A stretch of DNA of 43,331 bases from contig JANOTL010000121.1 of assembly GCA_031416315.1 (NCBI GenBank), positions 1 through 43,331 of the forward strand, given 5' to 3'. The notes beneath the pieces were generated by a model, which was not told where the DNA came from, ran no database searches, and worked only from the letters and a program-made list of their open reading frames with translations. This document shows positions 27,318-38,981 of the stretch, piece by piece. Position 1 is the first letter of the stretch. Each line of letters opens with the position of its first letter. Source of the stretch: Pseudomonadota bacterium. Lineage in GTDB: Bacteria; Bdellovibrionota_B; Oligoflexia; Oligoflexales; CAIYRB01. The translations under genes were made by a program, and so were the position numbers.

Positions 27318-27887
27318 TCAACAGCCGGATCCGGGCTTCGCCGCATCGTCGTCGTCGCCCGCGGCCTTCTTCTTCTTCTTTGCCGGCGCTTTTTTCGCGT
27401 CGTCGTCGTCGCCGGCTTTGCCTTCCGCGTAGTCGTTCTTCTTCCAGTCGAAGAAGGCCGTCCGTTCTTCCTGGTCGAGCTTGCCGCCTTGGGGCATCGA
27501 CTCGTCCGCGATCGCGGCCATGACGGCTTTCTTCGCGGCGAGCACCGTCTCATAGCTCGTCAGCTCGGGCTCCGTGCCGCCGGAGCCGTGGCAAGAGACG
27601 CACTTGTCCTTGATCACGTCCTGAAGCTTGCCGAGGTAGCCGCTGCCGCCCGCGAGCGCGAGGCCGGCGCCTTCGTCCTCGTCGGAGCTCTTCTTTTTCT
27701 TCTTCGCTTTCTTCTCGTCCGTCTTCTTCTCGCTGGCCGCGCCGGTGCCGTCGCCCGTACCGGTCGCGGCGGGCGTGCAGGCGGCGACGTCGTCGCCTTT
27801 GATCAAGGCCGGCGGCTGACTGCTGCACGCGCCAAAAACGAGCGCGAACGCCAAGGATACGACTGAGATGGAAAGCTTCGTATTCAT
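27318..27887 (-). CDS. Lipoprotein with monoheme c-type cytochrome domain
   Basis: Lipobox FGAC; CVSCH heme motif; distal SMPQGG Met; Lys/Asp-rich linkers. Confidence 0.8.
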   Translation of the reverse strand: MNTKLSISVVSLAFALVFGACSSQPPALIKGDDVAACTPAATGTGDGTGAASEKKTDEKKAKKKKKSSDEDEGAGLALAGGSGYLGKLQDVIKDKCVSCHGSGGTEPELTSYETVLAAKKAVMAAIADESMPQGGKLDQEERTAFFDWKKNDYAEGKAGDDDDAKKAPAKKKKKAAGDDDDAAKPGSGC

Positions 27888-27896
27888 ACGAGGAGC

Positions 27897-27924
27897 TTTT
27901 CGGTCGTCCGCCCGCCCCTCTTGA
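27897..27924 (-). promoter_or_regulatory. Sigma28/FliA-like promoter (cytochrome c lipoprotein)
   Basis: TCAA-N16-ACCGAAAA on the minus strand, 9 nt before the ATG. Confidence 0.5.
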
Positions 27925-27956
27925 TGAAATCAAATTTCTCAAATAAAATCATAGCC

Positions 27957-28808
27957 ATGGAACGTCGACTTCTCCTCATCGTCCTGGGCGTCATCGCGAC
28001 CGTCCTCATCGGCGGCTACGTCTTGATCGGCGTCGCCGCCGACTACATGGCCTCGCGCGTCCCCGACAAGTTCGAGCGCGAAATCTTCGGCAACCTCGGC
28101 GCGCGGCAATCCGATTGGAGCGACAACGCCAACACCGACCGCCTCCAGCGCGTCGTGATGATATTCCACAAGCTCGTCGCCCAGAACAAGCTGCGCGACC
28201 TCGAATACAAGATCTATTTCGACGAGAAAGAGAAGAGCCCGAACGCTTTCGCGCTGCCGGGCGGCAACGTCTGCGTCACGCAAGGCATCCTGGACCTCGT
28301 GAAAGGCGACATCGGCCTCGCTCTCGTCCTCGGCCACGAGATCGGCCACCAGCAATACCGCCACTCGTTGAAGAGAATGGGCCGAAGTCTTCTTTTCGCC
28401 GCATTCCTCACCTTGCTCACCGGCGGCGGCGACGGCGGCTACATCGTCGGGGCCGCGCTCGGCGTCGCCGACAAAGCGCATTCGCGCGATCAGGAGCTGG
28501 AGTCCGACGTCTATGGCATGCGCCTCCTCCACCGCACGTACGGGAAGCTGGAAGGCGCGCTCGAGTTCTTCGTCAAGATCGAGAAGGAGACGGCCGCGCG
28601 CGGCTCGAAGCATCTCGCCTTCCTCTCGACGCATCCTTACGTCGGCGAGCGCATCGAGAAGCTGAAAACTCTCGCGCTCGCGCTCGACCCGAAAGCGACG
28701 CCGGAGAGCCTGGTCGGCGAGGGCTACATCGACCGGCCCAAACCGCCCGTCGCGCCAGCCAAAAAGCCAGCCGGAAAAGCCAAGAAGAAGAAAAAGACCA
28801 TGAAGTAG
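27957..28808 (+). CDS. M48 family zinc metallopeptidase
   Basis: N-terminal TM; PNAFALPGG, LGHEIGH, SRDQELESD, FLSTHPYVGERI. Confidence 0.9.
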   Translation: MERRLLLIVLGVIATVLIGGYVLIGVAADYMASRVPDKFEREIFGNLGARQSDWSDNANTDRLQRVVMIFHKLVAQNKLRDLEYKIYFDEKEKSPNAFALPGGNVCVTQGILDLVKGDIGLALVLGHEIGHQQYRHSLKRMGRSLLFAAFLTLLTGGGDGGYIVGAALGVADKAHSRDQELESDVYGMRLLHRTYGKLEGALEFFVKIEKETAARGSKHLAFLSTHPYVGERIEKLKTLALALDPKATPESLVGEGYIDRPKPPVAPAKKPAGKAKKKKKTMK

Positions 28809-28852
28809 CGCCTTCATACGTTTCCCATGCGCCGCTTGATAACCCCTAGACC

Positions 28853-29218
28853 ATGTCGCAACGCCTCAACATCGCCCTCCGCCTCGTCACCCTGGTCGTC
28901 CCAGGCGGAGCCGCCAGCTTCGCTCTGGCGCAGACCTCGATCGGAGAAGAGCGCATCCTCGGCCAGGAGGTGTCGGCGGAAGGCATCACGTTCCGCGTCC
29001 GCTCCGGCGGCTGCACCGCCAAGGCGAACTTCGGCCTGGAGACCGTCCGCCAGGCCAAGCCCCTCACCGTCCGCCTCCTGCGCCTCCGCCCCGATTACTG
29101 CGAAGCCCGAATCCCCGAAGGCGTCCCCATCTTCTTTCGCTTCGCCGAGATCGGCGCGGGCCCGGCCCTGGCCCCCGAGGCCCAGAAAAGTCTGGTTATC
29201 TTGAACCTGACCCCGTGA
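28853..29218 (+). CDS. Hypothetical exported protein
   Basis: Signal-like N-terminus; VRSGGCT and RPDYCEA Cys pair. Confidence 0.6.
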   Translation: MSQRLNIALRLVTLVVPGGAASFALAQTSIGEERILGQEVSAEGITFRVRSGGCTAKANFGLETVRQAKPLTVRLLRLRPDYCEARIPEGVPIFFRFAEIGAGPALAPEAQKSLVILNLTP

Positions 29219-29616
29219 CGGCCTACTCTAACAAGATGAAACCACCCCTCTACCTCTTCCGCCAAAAAGCCGAGCGCCTCGCGAAAAACGCCGCGCGCGC
29301 CTCCCGCATGATCGACGAAGCCAGCATCAAAGCCGAGCGCACGCGCGGCACGATGGCGGGCGCAGCCGAAGGCCTGCAGACCCTCATCCGCTTGGCGCGC
29401 GCCTACATCTCAGGCCGCTACCGCGAGCTTCCCTGGACCGCGCTCATCACGACGCTCGCGGCGCTCGTCTACTTCGTGAATCCGCTCGACCTCGTGCCGG
29501 ATTTCGTCATCGGCTTCGGCCTTCTCGACGACCTCACCGTCATCGCCTTCGCGGTGAACGGCCTGCGCGCCGAGCTCGAGCGCTTCCGCGCCTGGGAAAC
29601 CGCGGCCGATGGCTGA
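29215..29616 (+). CDS. YkvA/DUF1232 family protein
   Basis: ALVYFVNPLDLVPDFVIGFGLLDDL motif; GTGA overlap (alternative ATG at 29236). Confidence 0.88.
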   Translation: MTAYSNKMKPPLYLFRQKAERLAKNAARASRMIDEASIKAERTRGTMAGAAEGLQTLIRLARAYISGRYRELPWTALITTLAALVYFVNPLDLVPDFVIGFGLLDDLTVIAFAVNGLRAELERFRAWETAADG

Positions 29617-30352
29617 TTGGATCTTCTGCGCCGAGCGCCGCCCCGCCGCGCGCTTGGCGCTGGTTTGCTTTCCCTACGCCGGCGGCAGCGCCCAAACCTA
29701 CCGGCGCTGGCCCTCGCTCTTGCCCCAGGATCTGGAGGTGCACACGGCGCACCTACCTGGCCGTTTCCCGCGCCACGCCGAGGCGCCGCTCACCAGCATC
29801 GCGGGGCTCGTCGACGCCCTCGCGCCGGAGCTCCTGCGCCTGAAAAAAGCGCTGAACAAGCCGCTCGTCCTCTTCGGCCACAGCATGGGCGCGATCGTGG
29901 CCTTCGAGTCCGCGCGTGCCCTTGCCCGCGCCGGCGAGGCGCCCGTGCATCTCGCCGTCTCCGCGCGCTCGGCTCCCCATCTCAAGCCGCGGCGCCGTGA
30001 GTTGCACCCGCTCGCGGACGCGGACTTCATCTTCGAGCTCGCGAAGATGGACGGCACGCCGGCCGAGGTGCTCGCCGACGCGGATCTGATGGCCGCGGTG
30101 CTCCCGACCCTGCGCGCCGATTTCACCGCCATCGAGCAGTACCGCCCCTTCGCGCTGGAGCCGCTCGGCTGCATGATCTCCGTCTTCGGCGGCAAGAACG
30201 ACCCCGACGTTCCGCTCGAGGCGCTCCTCGCGTGGCAGGATTACACGCGCGGACAAGCGCTGGTCGAGCTCTGCCCGGGCGGGCACTTCTTCATCGACGA
30301 CGGCCCCGCGCCGATGCTTAAGACCTTGGCGCGCGATCTCGCGCACTATTAA
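29609..30352 (+). CDS. Type II thioesterase
   Basis: CFPYAGGSA, LPGR, LFGHSMGA, LRADF, GGHFF. Confidence 0.9.
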   Translation: MADWIFCAERRPAARLALVCFPYAGGSAQTYRRWPSLLPQDLEVHTAHLPGRFPRHAEAPLTSIAGLVDALAPELLRLKKALNKPLVLFGHSMGAIVAFESARALARAGEAPVHLAVSARSAPHLKPRRRELHPLADADFIFELAKMDGTPAEVLADADLMAAVLPTLRADFTAIEQYRPFALEPLGCMISVFGGKNDPDVPLEALLAWQDYTRGQALVELCPGGHFFIDDGPAPMLKTLARDLAHY

Positions 30353-30970
30353 TCACTGCGGCTCGGACGAAAACCGCCGCATCAACCCCGCGACCGCGCG
30401 CTCCGTCGAGTCCGCGCTCATCTCGAGCTGGGCCGCCACCCGCTCGCGATCTTCCGGCTCCCGATTCTGGCTCAACTTCATCTTCGCCTCGAGCGTCCCG
30501 AGCTCGATCTCGAAGCCGACGATCGCGCGCTCCAGCACGCCGGCCGCGGCCAGATCCTCCGGAACTAAAGGCCCCGCCGGCGTCGCGCCCTCGAAGGTCC
30601 GGACCAATAGCCCGAGCACGCCGCGCAGCCCCGCTTCGTCGGTGATCAGGCGCACCTTTCCGGTCACGTGCACGACCGCGTAATTCCAGGTCGGCACGTC
30701 GTACTCGCGATACCAGCGCGGCGACACGTAGGCATGCGGTCCGTGAAACACCGCCAGGGTTTCGCCGGCGGCCCGCAGGGCCGCGACGTGGGGGTTCGCC
30801 CGCGCGAAATGACCGACGAGCACCCCTTCCGACAGGATCAGGGGCACATGATCCACTAGCGTTAAACTGCCATCGTCCGCTTTGGTGATCAGGGTCGCGA
30901 ACGGAAATTCCCGTATCAGATCCAGGACTCGCTCCCGATCTTGCGGCACGAAATGCTTCGGTCGATACAC
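30353..30970 (-). CDS. FMN-binding negative transcriptional regulator (PaiB family)
   Basis: MYRPKHF, GHFARANP, GPHAYVSPRWY, VPTWNYAVVH, KLSQNR. Confidence 0.9.
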   Translation of the reverse strand: MYRPKHFVPQDRERVLDLIREFPFATLITKADDGSLTLVDHVPLILSEGVLVGHFARANPHVAALRAAGETLAVFHGPHAYVSPRWYREYDVPTWNYAVVHVTGKVRLITDEAGLRGVLGLLVRTFEGATPAGPLVPEDLAAAGVLERAIVGFEIELGTLEAKMKLSQNREPEDRERVAAQLEMSADSTERAVAGLMRRFSSEPQ

Positions 30971-30993
30971 GTGATAAACCCCACACTAGCTCG

Positions 30994-31021
30994 TAAAGCT
31001 TAACCGACACCCTGCCGAAAC
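30994..31021 (+). promoter_or_regulatory. Sigma28/FliA-like promoter (response regulator)
   Basis: TAAA-N16-GCCGAAAC, 6 nt before the ATG. Confidence 0.6.
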
Positions 31022-31027
31022 TTCTTT

Positions 31028-31696
31028 ATGAACACTCTTCCCACCGAAACCCGCAAGATCCTTCTCGTCGACGACGAGATCATCAGCTCGAAAGTCCTCG
31101 CGGCCCGCCTCACGCAACGAGGGTTCGTCGTCAAGCAAGCGGCGAGCGGGCAAGAAGCCCTAGAGGAAATTGCCCGCGAGAAGCCCGACCTCGTCCTCCT
31201 CGACGTGCTGATGCCCGGCCTCTCGGGCCTCGACGTCTTGAGAACCTTGCGTCAGATTCACCAGGCCACCTCGCTCCCCATCATCATGGTCACGGCGCTG
31301 GAATCGGTCGGCGACATCACCCGAGCTTTGCGCGAAGGCGCCAACGACTACATCGCCAAGCCGGTGGAGCTCGACATCGCGATCGCGCGCATTTCGACGC
31401 ACATCACGATCGCGAATCTGCATCGCGAGAACATGGCGCGTAGCGAGCTCGAAGCGATCCACGCGATGATCGTCACCTACAATCACGAGATCAACAATCC
31501 GCTGACGGTCGCGCTCGCGAACCTCGAGATGATGTCACGCTCCCCCGATCCCGTGCATGCCGAGCGCGTGCGCGGCGCCTTGATGCGTATCGCCGCGATC
31601 ACGCGGCAGATCTCGCAAATTCGCGAGAAGGGCGTCGCCTACGAGACCTACATGAACAGCGCGAAGATGCTGAAGCTGTCGAAGGACGCGTCGTAA
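31028..31696 (+). CDS. Response regulator: receiver plus HisKA-like dimerisation segment, no ATPase domain
   Basis: ILLVDD, LLDVLMP, IIMVTA, DYIAKP; C-terminal YNHEINNPLT H-box. Confidence 0.85.
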   Translation: MNTLPTETRKILLVDDEIISSKVLAARLTQRGFVVKQAASGQEALEEIAREKPDLVLLDVLMPGLSGLDVLRTLRQIHQATSLPIIMVTALESVGDITRALREGANDYIAKPVELDIAIARISTHITIANLHRENMARSELEAIHAMIVTYNHEINNPLTVALANLEMMSRSPDPVHAERVRGALMRIAAITRQISQIREKGVAYETYMNSAKMLKLSKDAS

Positions 31697-31724
31697 GCCT
31701 CGCCCCCCGCGTTCCGCCTTCCGC

Positions 31725-32372
31725 CTAGCCGACGAGCACCGACGGCATGAACCGGTAGCCGCGGCCGTGCACCGTCCGGATCGTCTCGGCGGGACACCCG
31801 AAGCTCTCCAGCTTGCGCCGCAGCCGACTGACGGTGACGTCGAGCGTCCGCGTCGTCGTGGCGCGGCGCCCCCAGCCTTCGCGCAAGAGCTTCTCCTTCG
31901 TCTGCAGCCGATCGCCGTTCGCGACCAAGAGGCCCAGGAGGCGAAACTCGACCGTCGTCAGCTCCACGTAGGCGCGCCCGTACATCAGGGTGCCGTGGTC
32001 GAGATCGAGGCGGAGCTTGCCGAAGATAAACGGGCCGTCAGCTGGCTCCTCCGCCGGCTGCGGCACGAGCGTGTACACGCGCCCGGGCTCGCGCTCCCAC
32101 GCGAGCTCCTCGCCCATATAGACGCGGAGCGCGAGCGTGTCCTTCCCATGCGCGCCGAGGACGCGCACGATCCAGGTCGTTCGCGTCCGCTCGATCTGGC
32201 AGGCCTTCAGGAAATCCGCCTCGATCCCGGCTAATGGCCGCCCTTCCAGCGTCGAGGCCGTTTCCCACAGCGCCCGAGCTGCGGGGCTGACGTAAAGGAG
32301 CCGGTCCAGCTCGGCGGCGGCGACCACGTAGCCGAGCGGGCTGGCTTCTATAAGTGCCTGAAAGCGATCCAA
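31725..32372 (-). CDS. OmpR-type winged-helix regulator with PAS-like N-terminus
   Basis: LTTVEFRLLGLL, RTLDVTVSRLRRKL, IRTVHGRGY; N-terminal LLYVSPAARALW is PAS-like and no receiver motifs are present. TTG start uncertain. Confidence 0.8.
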   Translation of the reverse strand: MDRFQALIEASPLGYVVAAAELDRLLYVSPAARALWETASTLEGRPLAGIEADFLKACQIERTRTTWIVRVLGAHGKDTLALRVYMGEELAWEREPGRVYTLVPQPAEEPADGPFIFGKLRLDLDHGTLMYGRAYVELTTVEFRLLGLLVANGDRLQTKEKLLREGWGRRATTTRTLDVTVSRLRRKLESFGCPAETIRTVHGRGYRFMPSVLVG

Positions 32373-32482
32373 TAAGCCCCAATCACTATGTTACGAAAAT
32401 TTTTTGATTTTGTTGCGATTTTGTTTCACACGCGTCGTTTATACCTTGTTGCCGCGGAGCACACAATCTCTGGAGAATTCTC

Positions 32483-33466
32483 ATGCGCCTGCTTGCCCAC
32501 CGTTCCCTGCTCGCGTCGATCACGACCGTCATTTACGGGCTGATCGCGAATGGCGCCGCGGCCACGCCCTCGGACACATGCAACCTCGCGCCGTCCCCGT
32601 GGCTGAGCGCGTACTCCGTCTACGCCGGCGGCGACGTCGACTACGTGTGCTCCGACTTCGAAGGCACGTTCGCCTCGGGCGGCACCGCGCGTTTCTCGCG
32701 CATGGGCCTCGCGACGCGGGTCTCGACCTCGATGGCCTCGGTCGCCGCGCACGGCGGCTTTTCGTTGATCGACGGCTCGGCGATCGGCCATGTCGAAGCC
32801 GGCGGCGACGCCTTCCTCCATCACTATAGCGTTGGCAGTGTCTCGGCCGGCGGCCGGGCGGGCTGCTACGAAGGCTCCGACCTCGGCTGCTGGAGCGAGG
32901 TCCTGCCGACCACGCGCTTCGACTTGCTCGCGAGCGAGCTCGCCGCGTACGCCTCAAGCGTCGCCGCGTTGCAATCGCAGGCCCTCGTCGAGTCCAACGG
33001 CGCCCTCGTTCTTCAAGCGGCGCCCGGCCTCAACGTCGTCACGGTCGACTCGCACGCGCTGCGCGACCTCGGCCTGACGATCCAAGGCACGAACGCCTCG
33101 ACCGTCGTCGTCAAAGTCACGAGCAACAGTCTCTACGCCAACCTCGCCCACCTCGGCGACAAGTTGGCCCTCGCCGGCGGCATCGACGCGGCGCACGTCC
33201 TGTTCGCCTTCCTCGACGTCGAGGTCCTTGAGCTCGGAAAGCTCGTGGTTCCCGGCTCGGTCCTCGCGCCGCGCGCCGACGTCATCGCTTACGAAGGCCG
33301 CATCGACGGCGCACTCTGGATCGGTGGCAAGCTCACCGGCAACCCGTTCGCCTTGTCCCTCGAGCAGCGGATCGACGCGTGCCCCGCGGGCGCTTCGGGG
33401 ATCCAGGTGAACTTCGTGCCCTTCTCGCCGGATTGCTCGCAGGGGTCGAGCGCCGCGCAGCAGTAA
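32483..33466 (+). CDS. Exported choice-of-anchor A-like domain protein
   Basis: Signal peptide; SDFEGTFASGG, HVLFAF, GSVLAPRA, GRIDGAL; GGAG RBS. Confidence 0.65.
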   Translation: MRLLAHRSLLASITTVIYGLIANGAAATPSDTCNLAPSPWLSAYSVYAGGDVDYVCSDFEGTFASGGTARFSRMGLATRVSTSMASVAAHGGFSLIDGSAIGHVEAGGDAFLHHYSVGSVSAGGRAGCYEGSDLGCWSEVLPTTRFDLLASELAAYASSVAALQSQALVESNGALVLQAAPGLNVVTVDSHALRDLGLTIQGTNASTVVVKVTSNSLYANLAHLGDKLALAGGIDAAHVLFAFLDVEVLELGKLVVPGSVLAPRADVIAYEGRIDGALWIGGKLTGNPFALSLEQRIDACPAGASGIQVNFVPFSPDCSQGSSAAQQ

Positions 33467-33478
33467 TAACCGTGGAAA

Positions 33479-33523
33479 AATTCAGCGCCGCGGAGATTCG
33501 GCGAATCTCCGCGGCGCCGAATT
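33479..33523. repeat. Long inverted repeat between convergent genes (possible bidirectional terminator)
   Basis: gcgccgcggagattcg-g-cgaatctccgcggcgc perfect 16-bp arms, extended by aattc/gaatt after one mismatch. Confidence 0.85.
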
Positions 33524-33596
33524 CTCGTCGACGAGCGCGTGCCGCTTCGGCCTCTCGGAGGTCGAGTTGCAACGCATCGCGGAAACGCTCGCCGCG

Positions 33597-34244
33597 CTAA
33601 GCAGTCGTTACTAACTTCAGTACCGCGTCGAGATCCGCATAGTCGGCGATCGACGCGCGTACCGGCCCCAGCGCTCCCGCCGGGAACGTCGTCGTCATCC
33701 CGATTACGGCGAGCCCCGCCGCGCGCGCCGCCGCCGCGCCCGCCGGCGAGTCCTCGAACGCGAAGGATAGCGCCGGCTCGATCCCGAGCGCCGCGGCCGC
33801 CTTCTGGTAAATCTCGGGATCCGGTTTACCCCGCGTCACCGACTCGATGGTCAACATCACGCGAAAATGCCGCGCGAGCCCGAAGCGCTCGAGCGTCGGC
33901 GAGATGTCGGCCTCGCTGGCGCTCGTCGCCAGGCCGATCGGGAAACGCGCGCCGAGCCGCGTCAAGGCCGCGTCGACCCCGGGGACGAGCAGGGCCTCCG
34001 TGCGGCAGCGCGCCTGGTAGTTCGTCTGCTTCCCCGCGAGCAGCGCCGCGACCGTCGGCCCGCGCCAAAGCTCGGCGAGCGTCTCGGCCAGCTCGCGGTC
34101 GGTGAGCCCGACGCCTTTCTCCTCGAATCCCGGAGGCAGCGCGCACGCATGGGCCGCCGCCACATCGCGCCAGGCGTCCATGTGGACGTGCTCCGACAAC
34201 GCGATCGTCCCATCGAAGTCGAAGATGATGCCTGAGGCTCGCAT
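33597..34244 (-). CDS. HAD family phosphatase (CbbY/beta-PGM-like)
   Basis: IFDFDGT, LATS, GKPDPEIY, FEDSPAG. Confidence 0.9.
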   Translation of the reverse strand: MRASGIIFDFDGTIALSEHVHMDAWRDVAAAHACALPPGFEEKGVGLTDRELAETLAELWRGPTVAALLAGKQTNYQARCRTEALLVPGVDAALTRLGARFPIGLATSASEADISPTLERFGLARHFRVMLTIESVTRGKPDPEIYQKAAAALGIEPALSFAFEDSPAGAAAARAAGLAVIGMTTTFPAGALGPVRASIADYADLDAVLKLVTTA

Positions 34245-34319
34245 GCCCCGATCCTAGCAAGATCCGCGGTCCTGGTGTAGCTTTCCCGCCAGGCACCCCT
34301 GAAAAAGGCGGCAAATGCG

Positions 34320-34696
34320 ATGAAACACCATAGTCCCGGCTTCCTGCGCTTAGCCGAAGCCGCCCGCTCGCAGGTCCGGGAGACCAGCGCCGAAGAGCTC
34401 CTCGCCCGTCGCGCGCGCGGCGAGCCCTTCGTCCTTCTCGACGTCCGCGAGGACCACGAGTGGGCCGCAGGCCACCTCCCCGGAGCCGCACACCTGGGGC
34501 GCGGCATCCTCGAGCGCGACGTCGAGACGCGCTTTCCCGACCCGCACACCGAGATCGTCGTCTACTGCGGCGGCGGCTACCGCTCGGCGCTCGCGGCGCA
34601 AACCCTGCAGACAATGGGCTACGACCGCGTGCGCTCGCTCGCCGGCGGCTATCGTGGCTGGACCGAAGCGAGCCGTCCCCTCGAAGGGAAACCGAC

Positions 34697-34700
<4 letters not shown>
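34320..34700 (+). CDS. Rhodanese-like sulfurtransferase
   Basis: [28 protein letters not shown]. Confidence 0.9.
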
Positions 34701-36649
<1,949 letters not shown>

Positions 36650-36655
36650 GGCTCC

Positions 36656-37267
36656 CTAAGCTTCCTCGAAGCTTCGCCGGCTCGCGTCGTACACCTTGAG
36701 CCGGTGCGCGGCCATGTCGTAGGCCCAGCCGTGCACGTGAAGCTGCGCGCTTTCCAGGCGCTTCCGCACTTCGGGGAAGCTGCTCAAGTGGACGATCTGG
36801 CCGAGCACGTTGGCCTCGACCGCGGCGTCCCACGGGTCCACCGCCGTGCCGGTGCGCGCGATCTCGTCGTTCTGAAGACGCACGGAGCCGAGCCACTCTT
36901 TCAGCTGCGTGAATGCGGCCACTTTCTCCAAGCCGTCCATCGTGGCCTTCACCCCGCCGCAACCGTAATGGCCGCAGACGATGATATGCGGCACCTCGAG
37001 GACCGACACGGCGTACTCGATCGCGGCGCTCACGCTCGAGTCGGCGTGCGATAGCGGCGGGACAAGGTTGGCGACGTTGCGGACCACGAAGAGTCGCCCA
37101 GGGGAGGTCGAGGTCAGCCGCTCGGGAATGACGCGCGAATCCGAGCAGCCGATGAAGAGCGCGTCGGGGCTCTGGCCTTCGTCCGCGAGGCGGCGCAGAA
37201 AGCTCAGCTCGTCTTCGGATTGCTGGCCGCGCGTGCGCAGATAGCCTTTTAAAATAGTCTCGACCAT
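36656..37267 (-). CDS. Beta-class carbonic anhydrase
   Basis: GQSPDALFIGCSDSR, VRNVAN, IEYAV, CGHYGCGG; start at MVETILKG. Confidence 0.92.
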   Translation of the reverse strand: MVETILKGYLRTRGQQSEDELSFLRRLADEGQSPDALFIGCSDSRVIPERLTSTSPGRLFVVRNVANLVPPLSHADSSVSAAIEYAVSVLEVPHIIVCGHYGCGGVKATMDGLEKVAAFTQLKEWLGSVRLQNDEIARTGTAVDPWDAAVEANVLGQIVHLSSFPEVRKRLESAQLHVHGWAYDMAAHRLKVYDASRRSFEEA

Positions 37268-37370
37268 GGGTCCGGAATGATACACCGTTCGCGGTCGCGA
37301 AGCCGCGCAGAATTGTTTCGACCCCAGACCCCGCATCAGATATCCTCGCCGGGCTTTTCGGAGGCCCGCC

Positions 37371-38954
37371 GTGAACGTTCTTGGTCCCGTCGCTCCCGAC
37401 CATCGTGAACGAGTCCTGACCGCGGAGGCGCTCGTCTTTTTGACCGAGCTCCACCGGAAGTTCGAGCCGACGCGCCAGGAATTGCTGGCGGCGCGCGTGA
37501 CCCGGGCGAAAGAGCTTGCGGGCGGCGCGTTGCCAGACTTCCTCGCTGCGACAGCCAAAGTGCGCGCCGGGGACTGGCGGGTCGGCCCGACGCCTCCGGA
37601 CCTCGAGGACCGCCGCGTCGAGATCACCGGCCCGGCCGAGGCCAAGATGATGATCAACGCGCTGAATTCCGGCGCGAAGGCGTTCATGTGCGACCTCGAG
37701 GACTCGCTCTCGCCGACCTGGAAGAACGTGCTCGACGGCCAGATCGCGTTGCAGGACGCCGTGCGCCGCACGCTCCGGTTTTCGCAGGAAGGCGGCAAAG
37801 ATTATGCGCTCGCGGAAAAAATCGCGACGCTGATGGTCCGTCCGCGCGGCTGGCACTTGCCGGAGAAAAACCTCCAGGTCGACGGCCAACCGATGTCGGG
37901 AAGCCTTGTCGACTTCGGCCTCTACTTCTTCCACAACGCGAAAGAGACGCTGAAACGCGGCACCGGCCCCTACTTCTACCTGCCGAAGCTGGAGAGCCAC
38001 GAGGAAGCGCGGCTGTGGAACGACGTCTTCGTCTTCGCGCAGGAACGGCTCGGCCTGCCCCGCGGCACGATCAAGGCGACGGTCCTGATCGAGACCATCC
38101 TCGCTGCCTACGAGATGGACGAGATCCTCTTCGAGCTGAAGGACCACATCGTCGGCTTGAACGCCGGTCGCTGGGACTACATGTTCTCGATCATCAAGAA
38201 ATTCGCGCACGACCCGCAGCGCATGATGCCGGATCGCTCGCAGGTGACGATGGGCGTGCCTTTTTTGCGCGCCTATGCCGAGCTCTTGGTCAAGACCTGC
38301 CACCGTCGCGGCGCGCACGCGATGGGTGGCATGGCCGCGTTCATCCCGAGCCGCAAAGACGCGGAGGTGAACCGCGTCGCCACGGAGAAGGTCCGCGAGG
38401 ACAAGGAGCGCGAAGCGAGCCAAGGCTTCGACGGCACCTGGATCGCGCATCCGGATCTGGTCAAGGTGGCGACGCCCGTCTTCGACGCGGCGCTCGCCGG
38501 CAAGCCGCATCAGAAGCACCGCCAACGCGACGACCTCGTGGTGGACGCAGCTTACGGCCGGAAGCTGATCGACCTGACGATTCCCGGCGGCAAGATCACC
38601 GAGGCCGGCGTGGCCAATAACATCAACGTCGCCCTGCAGTACACCGACCAGTGGCTGCGCGGCTTCGGCGCCGTCGCCATCCATAACCTGATGGAAGACG
38701 CCGCAACGGCGGAAATCGCGCGCGCACAGCTCTGGCAATGGCGCCGTCACGGGGCCAAGTTGGACGACGGGCGCACCTTCACCCTGGCGCTTTACGAACA
38801 GATCAAGCAGCGCGAGCTGGAAAAGCTAGGCGCCGCCGCACCCGAAGGTCGCGCGCGCTACGCGCGGGTGGCGGAGATCCTCGACGGCCTCGTCGCGGGC
38901 GATCACTTCGTCGAGTTCCTCACCCTGCCTGCTTATCAGCAATTGGATCGTTAA
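37371..38954 (+). CDS. aceB: Malate synthase A
   Basis: [47 protein letters not shown]. Confidence 0.95.
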   Translation: MNVLGPVAPDHRERVLTAEALVFLTELHRKFEPTRQELLAARVTRAKELAGGALPDFLAATAKVRAGDWRVGPTPPDLEDRRVEITGPAEAKMMINALNSGAKAFMCDLEDSLSPTWKNVLDGQIALQDAVRRTLRFSQEGGKDYALAEKIATLMVRPRGWHLPEKNLQVDGQPMSGSLVDFGLYFFHNAKETLKRGTGPYFYLPKLESHEEARLWNDVFVFAQERLGLPRGTIKATVLIETILAAYEMDEILFELKDHIVGLNAGRWDYMFSIIKKFAHDPQRMMPDRSQVTMGVPFLRAYAELLVKTCHRRGAHAMGGMAAFIPSRKDAEVNRVATEKVREDKEREASQGFDGTWIAHPDLVKVATPVFDAALAGKPHQKHRQRDDLVVDAAYGRKLIDLTIPGGKITEAGVANNINVALQYTDQWLRGFGAVAIHNLMEDAATAEIARAQLWQWRRHGAKLDDGRTFTLALYEQIKQRELEKLGAAAPEGRARYARVAEILDGLVAGDHFVEFLTLPAYQQLDR

Positions 38955-38981
38955 TATTTTTCGCTGGAAAGGACCGCGCCG

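Noticed and set aside
34460..34696. ORF-track N-terminal extensions (acs from 34460, carbonic anhydrase from 37798, and starts at 2709, 9000, 9659, 17965)
   Set aside because: They overlap neighbouring genes or promoters; downstream starts have RBSs or coupling and match family N-termini.
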